From Eledone cirrhosa (lineage: Eukaryota): a DNA stretch of 64,000 nt. Below the pieces are notes generated by a model. It ran no database searches. It was not told the DNA's origin and worked only from the letters and a program-made list of their open reading frames with translations. The DNA lies in assembly GCA_964016885.1 (NCBI GenBank), contig OZ024754.1, forward strand, positions 21,514,001-21,578,000, written 5' to 3'. The translations under genes were made by a program, and so were the position numbers. This document shows positions 58,252 to 64,000 of the stretch, piece by piece (within the stretch, counting starts at the first letter, position 1; each line of letters starts with the position of its first letter).

Positions 58252-58307
58252 GTAAGTTATCGAGGCTTTCATGAAACTTCTATGAAAATACAAACTCTAT
58301 TTTCTAT

Positions 58308-58440
58308 CCCAGTACACTCTGTAAAGTGGCAGTGCTGGTGTCACATATAATACACCCAGTATACTCTGTAAAGTAGTAGTACTGGTGTCACAATATAATG
58401 TACCCAGTACACACTATAAAGTGGTAGTGTTGGTGCCATG
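58308..58440. repeat. Short diverged tandem repeat, about 47-48 bp x about 2.8
   Basis: CCCAGTACACTCTGTAAAGTGGCAGTGCTGGTGTCACATATAATACA is repeated with substitutions. Confidence 0.85.
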
Positions 58441-58662
58441 AGTGATGATGAAGAGAAATAGATGGCAGTGTGAATTCCTGTAAGATTTGAACCAAATATA
58501 AACAAAGTTCCTCTTCCTGCCAGCCAGTCTGTTGGTTTTCAGATTTAACTGTTTTGATACCAACCCACCTAAAGCTGTTTTGGGTTTTATGATACTAAAC
58601 CTTTTGAAGTGTTAATATTTTATACCTTTCATCATAATTTTATGTAAGAACTTTCAGTTAAG

Positions 58663-58854
58663 TAATAATTGTTTCTACTTTAGGCACAAGGCCAGCAATT
58701 ATCCAGTGCATTACTGGTACTTTATTTTATCGACCCCGTAAGGATGAAAGGCAAAGTCAACCTCGGCGGGATTTGAACTCAGATCGTAAAGGGACGTAAC
58801 TATGCTGGGAAGCATGGCGTCCGACCCTCTACCGATACTGCCAATCCACCGCCT
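58663..58854 (-). mobile_element. tRNA-derived SINE
   Basis: The minus strand begins AGGCGGTGGATTGGCAGTATCGGTAGA (A-box-like) and has the B-box GAGTTCAAATCC. A conserved-looking body GCCTTTCATCCTTACGGGGTCGATAAAATAAAGTACCAG follows, then a short TTA-type tail. It resembles a common octopus SINE as recalled. Confidence 0.8.
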
Positions 58855-58930
58855 GAAAGATAATTGTATTAAATTCCTTCAAATTTTTCATTACTTTCAA
58901 TATTAATTGAAGCATATAAGCAATATATAT

Positions 58931-61900
58931 ATAGGTGCACCATATCCCTGTATGTTGGAATAGGTGCACCATATCTCTGTAGGTTGGAATAGGTGCACCA
59001 TATCCCTGTATGTTGGAATAGGTGCACCATATCCCTGTATGTTGGAATAGGTACACCATATCCTTGTATGTTGGAATAGGTACACCATATTGCTGTATGT
59101 TGGAATAGGTGCACCATATCCTTGTCTGTTGGAATAGGTGCACCATATCGCTGTATGTTGGAATAGGTGCACCATATCCCTGTATGTTGGAATAGGTGCA
59201 CCATATCCCTGTATGTTGGAATAGGTGCACCATATCCCTGTATGTTGGAATAGGTGCACCATATCTCTGAAGGTTGGAATAGGTGCACCATATCTCTGTA
59301 TGTTGGAATAGGTGCACCATATCCTTGTATGTTGGAATAGGTGCACCATACCTCTGTATGTTGGAATAGGTGCATCATATCGCTGTATGTTGGAATAGGT
59401 GCACCATATCTCTGTATGTTGGAATAGGTGCACCATATCCCTGTATGTTGGAATAGGTGCACCATATCCCTGTATGTTGGAATAGGTGCACCATATCTCT
59501 GAAGGTTGGAATAGGTGCACCATATCTCTGTATGTTGGAATAGGTGCACCATATCCTTGTATGTTGGAATAGGTGCACCATACCTCTGTATGTTGGAATA
59601 GGTGCATCATATCGCTGTATGTTGGAATAGGTGCACCATATCTCTGTATGTTGGAATAGGTGCACCATATCCCTGTATGTTGGAATAGGTGCATCATATC
59701 CCTACATGTTGGAATAGGTGCACCATATCGCTGTCTGTTGGAATAGGTGCACCATATCCCTGTATGTTGGAATAGGTACACCATATCCCTGTATGTTGGA
59801 ATAGGTGCACCATATCGCTGTATGTTGGACTAGGTGCACCATATTGCTGTATGTTGGAATAGGTGCACCATATCGCTGTATGTTGGAATAGGTGCACCAT
59901 ATCCCTACATGTTGGAATAGGTGCACCATATCGCTGTATGTTGGAATAGGTGCACCATATCGCTGTATGTTGGAATAGGTGCACCATATCCCTACATGTT
60001 GGAATAGGTGCACCATATCACTGTATGTTGGAATAGGTGCACCATATCCTGTATGTTGGAATAGGTGCACCATATCCCTGTATGTTGGAATAGGTGCACC
60101 ATATCGCTGTATGTTGGAATAGGTGCACCATATCCCTGTATGTTGGAATAGGTGCACCATATCCCTGTATGTTGGAATAGGTGCACCATATCCCTGTATG
60201 TTGGAATAGGTGCACCATATCCTTGTCTGTTGGAATAGGTGCACCATATCGCTGTATGTTGGAATAGGTGCACCATATCTCTGTATGTTGGAATAGGTGC
60301 ACCATATCGCTCTATGTTGGAATAGGTGCACCATATCCCTGTATGTTGGAATAGGTGCACCATATCCTTGTATGTTGGAATAGGTGCACCATATCCCTGT
60401 ATGTTGGAATAGGTGCACCATACTGCTGTATGTTGGAATAGGTGCACCATATCCCTGTATGTTGGAATAGGTGCACCATATCCTTGTATGTTAGAATGGG
60501 TGCACCATATCCCTGTATGTTGGAATAGGTGCACCATATCCCTGTATGTTGGAATAGGTGCACCATATCCCTGTATGTTGGAATAGGTGCACCATATCCT
60601 TGTCTGTTGGAATAGGTGCACCATATCGCTGTATGTTGGAATAGGTGCACCATATCCCTGTATGTTGGAATAGGTGCACCATATCTCTGTATGTTGAAAT
60701 AGGTGCACCATATCCTTGTCTGTTGGAATAGGTGCACCATATCGCTGTATGTTGGAATAGGTGCACCATATCCCTGTATGTTGGAATAGGTGCACCATAT
60801 CTCTGTATGTTGGAATAGGTACACCATATCCCTACATGTTGGAATAGGTGCACCATATTGCTGTATGTTGGAATAGGTGCACCATATCCTGTATGTTGGA
60901 ATAGGTGCACCATATCCCTGTATGTTGGAATAGGTGCACCATATCTCTGTATGTTGGAATAGGTGCACCATATCCCTGTATGTTGGAATTGGTGCACCAT
61001 ATCTCTGTAGGTTGGAATAGTTGCACCATATCCTTGTATGTTGGAATAGGTGCACCATATTGCTGTATGTTGGAATAGGTGCACCATATCCTGTATGTTG
61101 GAATAGGTGCACCATATCCCTGTATGTTGGAATAGGTGCACCATATCCCTGTATGTTGGAATAGGTGCACCATATCCCTGTATGTTGGAATAGGTGCACC
61201 ATATCCTTGTATGTTGGAATAGGTGCATCATATCTCTGTATGTTGGAATAAGTGCACCATATCCCTACATGTTGGAATAGGTACACCATATCGCTGTATG
61301 TTGGAATAGGTGCACCATATCCCTATATGTTGGAATAGGTGCACCATATCGTATGTTGGAATAGGTGCACCATATCCCTTTATGTTGGAATAGGTGCACC
61401 ATATCGCTGTATGTTGGAATAGGTGCACCATATCTCTGAATGTTGGAATAGATGCACCATATCTCTGTATGTTGGAATAGGTGCACCATATCCTTGTATG
61501 TTGGAATAGGTGCACCATACCTCTGTATGTTGGAATAGGTGCACCATATCTCTGTATGTTGGAATAGGTGCACCATATCCCTGTATGTTGGAATAGGTGC
61601 ATCATATCCCTACATGTTGGAATAGGTGCACCATATCGCTGTCTGTTGGAATAGGTGCACCATATCCCTGTATGTTGGAATAGGTACACCATATCCCTGT
61701 GTGTTGGAATAGGTGCACCATATCGCTGTATGTTGGAATAGGTGCACCATATCGCTGTATGTTGGAATAGGTGCACCATATCTCTGTATGTTGGAATAGG
61801 TGCACCATATCTCTGTATGTTGGAATAGGTGCACCATATCGCTGTATGTTGGAATAGGTGCACCATATCCCTACATGTTGGAATAGGTGCACCATATCGC

Positions 61901-64000
61901 TGTATGTTGGAATAGGTGCACCATATCCTGTATGTTGGAATAGGTGCACCATATCCCTGTATGTTGGAATAGGTGCACCATATCGCTGTATGTTGGAATA
62001 GGTGCACCATATCCCTGTATGTTGGAATAGGTGCACCATATCTCTATGTTGGAATAGGTGCACCATATCTCTATGTTGGAATAGGTGCACCATATCCCTG
62101 TATGTTGGAATAGGTGCACCATATCTCTGTAGGTTGGAATAGGTGCACCATATCTCTGTAGGTTTAAATAGGTGCACCATATCCCTGTATGTTGGAATAG
62201 GTGCACCATATCCCTGTATGTTGGAATAGGTGCACCATATCCCTGTATGTTGGAATAGGTGCACCATATCCCTGTATGTTGGAATAGGTGCACCATATCC
62301 TTGTATGTTGGAATAGGTGCACCATATCTCTGTATGTTGGAATAAGTGCACCATATCTCTACATGTTGGAATAGGTACACCATATCGCTGTATGTTGGAA
62401 TAGGTGCACCATATCCCTTTATGTTGGAATAGGTGCACCATATCGCTGTATGTTGGAATAAGTGCACCATATCTCTATGTTGAAATAGGTGCACCATATC
62501 CCTGTATGTTGGAATAGGTGCATCATATCCCTACATGTTGGAATAGGTGCACCATATCGCTGTCTGTTGGAATAGGTGCACCATATCCCTGTATGTTGGA
62601 ATAGGTGAACCATATCCCTTTATGTTGGAATAGGTGCATCATATCGCTGTATGTTGGAATAGGTGCACCATATCTCTATGTTGAAATAGGTGCACCATAT
62701 CCCTGTATGTTGGAATAGGTGCATCATATCCCTACATGTTGGAATAGGTGCATCATATCGCTGTATGTTGGAATAGGTGCACCATATCTCTATGTTGAAA
62801 TAGGTGCACCATATCGCTGTATGTTGGAATAGGTGCACCATATCCCTACATGTTGGAATAGGTGCACCATATCGCTGTATGTTGGAATAGGTGCACCATA
62901 TCCTGTATGTTGGAATAGGTGCACCATATCCCTGTATGTTGGAATAGGTGCACCATATCGCTGTATGTTGGAATAGGTGCACCATATCCCTGTATGTTGG
63001 AATAGGTGCACCATATCTCTATGTTGGAATAGGTGCACCATATCCCTGTATGTTGGAATAGGTGCACCATATCTCTGTAGGTTGGAATAGGTGCACCATA
63101 TCTCTGTAGGTTTAAATAGGTGCACCATATCCCTGTATGTTGGAATAGGTGCACCATATCCCTGTATGTTGGAATAGGTGCACCATATCCCTGTATGTTG
63201 GAATAGGTGCACCATATCCCTGTATGTTGGAATAGGTGCACCATATCCTTGTATGTTGGAATAGGTGCACCATATCTCTGTATGTTGGAATAAGTGCACC
63301 ATATCCCTACATGTTGGAATAGGTACACCATATCGCTGTATGTTGGAATAGGTGCACCATATCCCTTTATGTTGGAATAGGTGCACCATATCGCTGTATG
63401 TTGGAATAGGTGAACCATATCCCTTTATGTTGGAATAGGTGCACCATATCGCTGTATGTTGGAATAGGTGCACCATATCGCTGTATGTTGGAATAGGTGC
63501 ACAATATCTCTGTAGGTTTAAATAGGTGCACCATATCGCTGTATGTTGGAATAGGTGCACCATATCTCTGTAGGTTTAAATAGGTGCACCATATCCCTGT
63601 ATGTTGGAATAGGTGCACCATATCCCTGTATGTTGGAATAGGTGCACCATATCTCTGTAGGTTGGAATAGGTGCACCATATCTCTGTATGTTGGAATAGG
63701 TGCACCATATCGCTGTATGTTGGAATAGGTGCACCGTATCCCTGTATGTTGGAATAGGTGCACCATATCCCTGTATGTTGGAATAGGTGCACCATATCCC
63801 TGTATGTTGGAATAGGTGCACCATATCTCTATGTTGGAATAGGTGCACCATATCCTTGTCTGTTCGAATAGGTGCACCATATCGCTGTATGTTGGAATAG
63901 GTGCACCATATCCCTGTATGTTGGAATAGGTGCACCATACCTCTATGTTGGAATAGGTGCATCATATCGCTGTATGTTGGAATAGGTGCACCATATCTCT
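58931..64000. repeat. 29-bp minisatellite, about 175 copies in the window, open at the right edge
   Basis: Consensus ATAGGTGCACCATATCCCTGTATGTTGGA, head-to-tail, with occasional 27/28-bp units. Confidence 0.99.

Noticed and set aside
58153-58350. 65-aa ORF MGNVFLCQ...
   Set aside because: Wrong frame of the real exon at 58129-58251, running through the donor site into the intron.
58543-58593. Possible terminal exon after TTTTCAG near 58542
   Set aside because: The in-frame translation (DLTVLIPTHLKLFWVL*) lacks the conserved sterol-reductase C-terminus.
58829-63965. Many overlapping minus-strand ORFs (MVHLFQHTGIWCTYSNIQGYGAPIPTYRD repeats)
   Set aside because: Artefact of a 29-bp repeat lacking stop codons on that strand. 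All three frames give the same 29-aa cycle, and frame-shifting 28-bp units are tolerated.
58931-64000. CRISPR-like appearance (palindromic constant part plus variable part)
   Set aside because: The variable part is only a few bases drawn from a small reused set, not unique 25-45 bp spacers. There are no cas genes and the context is eukaryotic.

Overview
Eukaryotic (animal) DNA. The interspersed repeats resemble those I recall from octopus genomes, which is an inference. Bases 1-54415 are an AT-rich 47/45-bp satellite of roughly 1,100 monomers with kb-scale higher-order duplications. It carries three near-identical copies of an 877-bp non-autonomous Helitron, all at the same monomer position. 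Two in-frame + strand exons follow (54474-54554 and 58129-58251, absent from the ORF track). They encode the C-terminal ERG4/ERG24 sterol-reductase region of an LBR/TM7SF2-like gene. The satellite therefore appears to fill an intron of at least 54 kb and ends only 58 bp before the exon. The intron between the exons holds a degenerate, near full-length RTE-clade LINE with a PHD-like finger inside its RT region, apparently nested in an older SINE. The next intron holds a tRNA-derived SINE and a 29-bp minisatellite of at least 5 kb, which produces the spurious ORFs at 58.8-64 kb. No CRISPR array or prokaryotic features are present.
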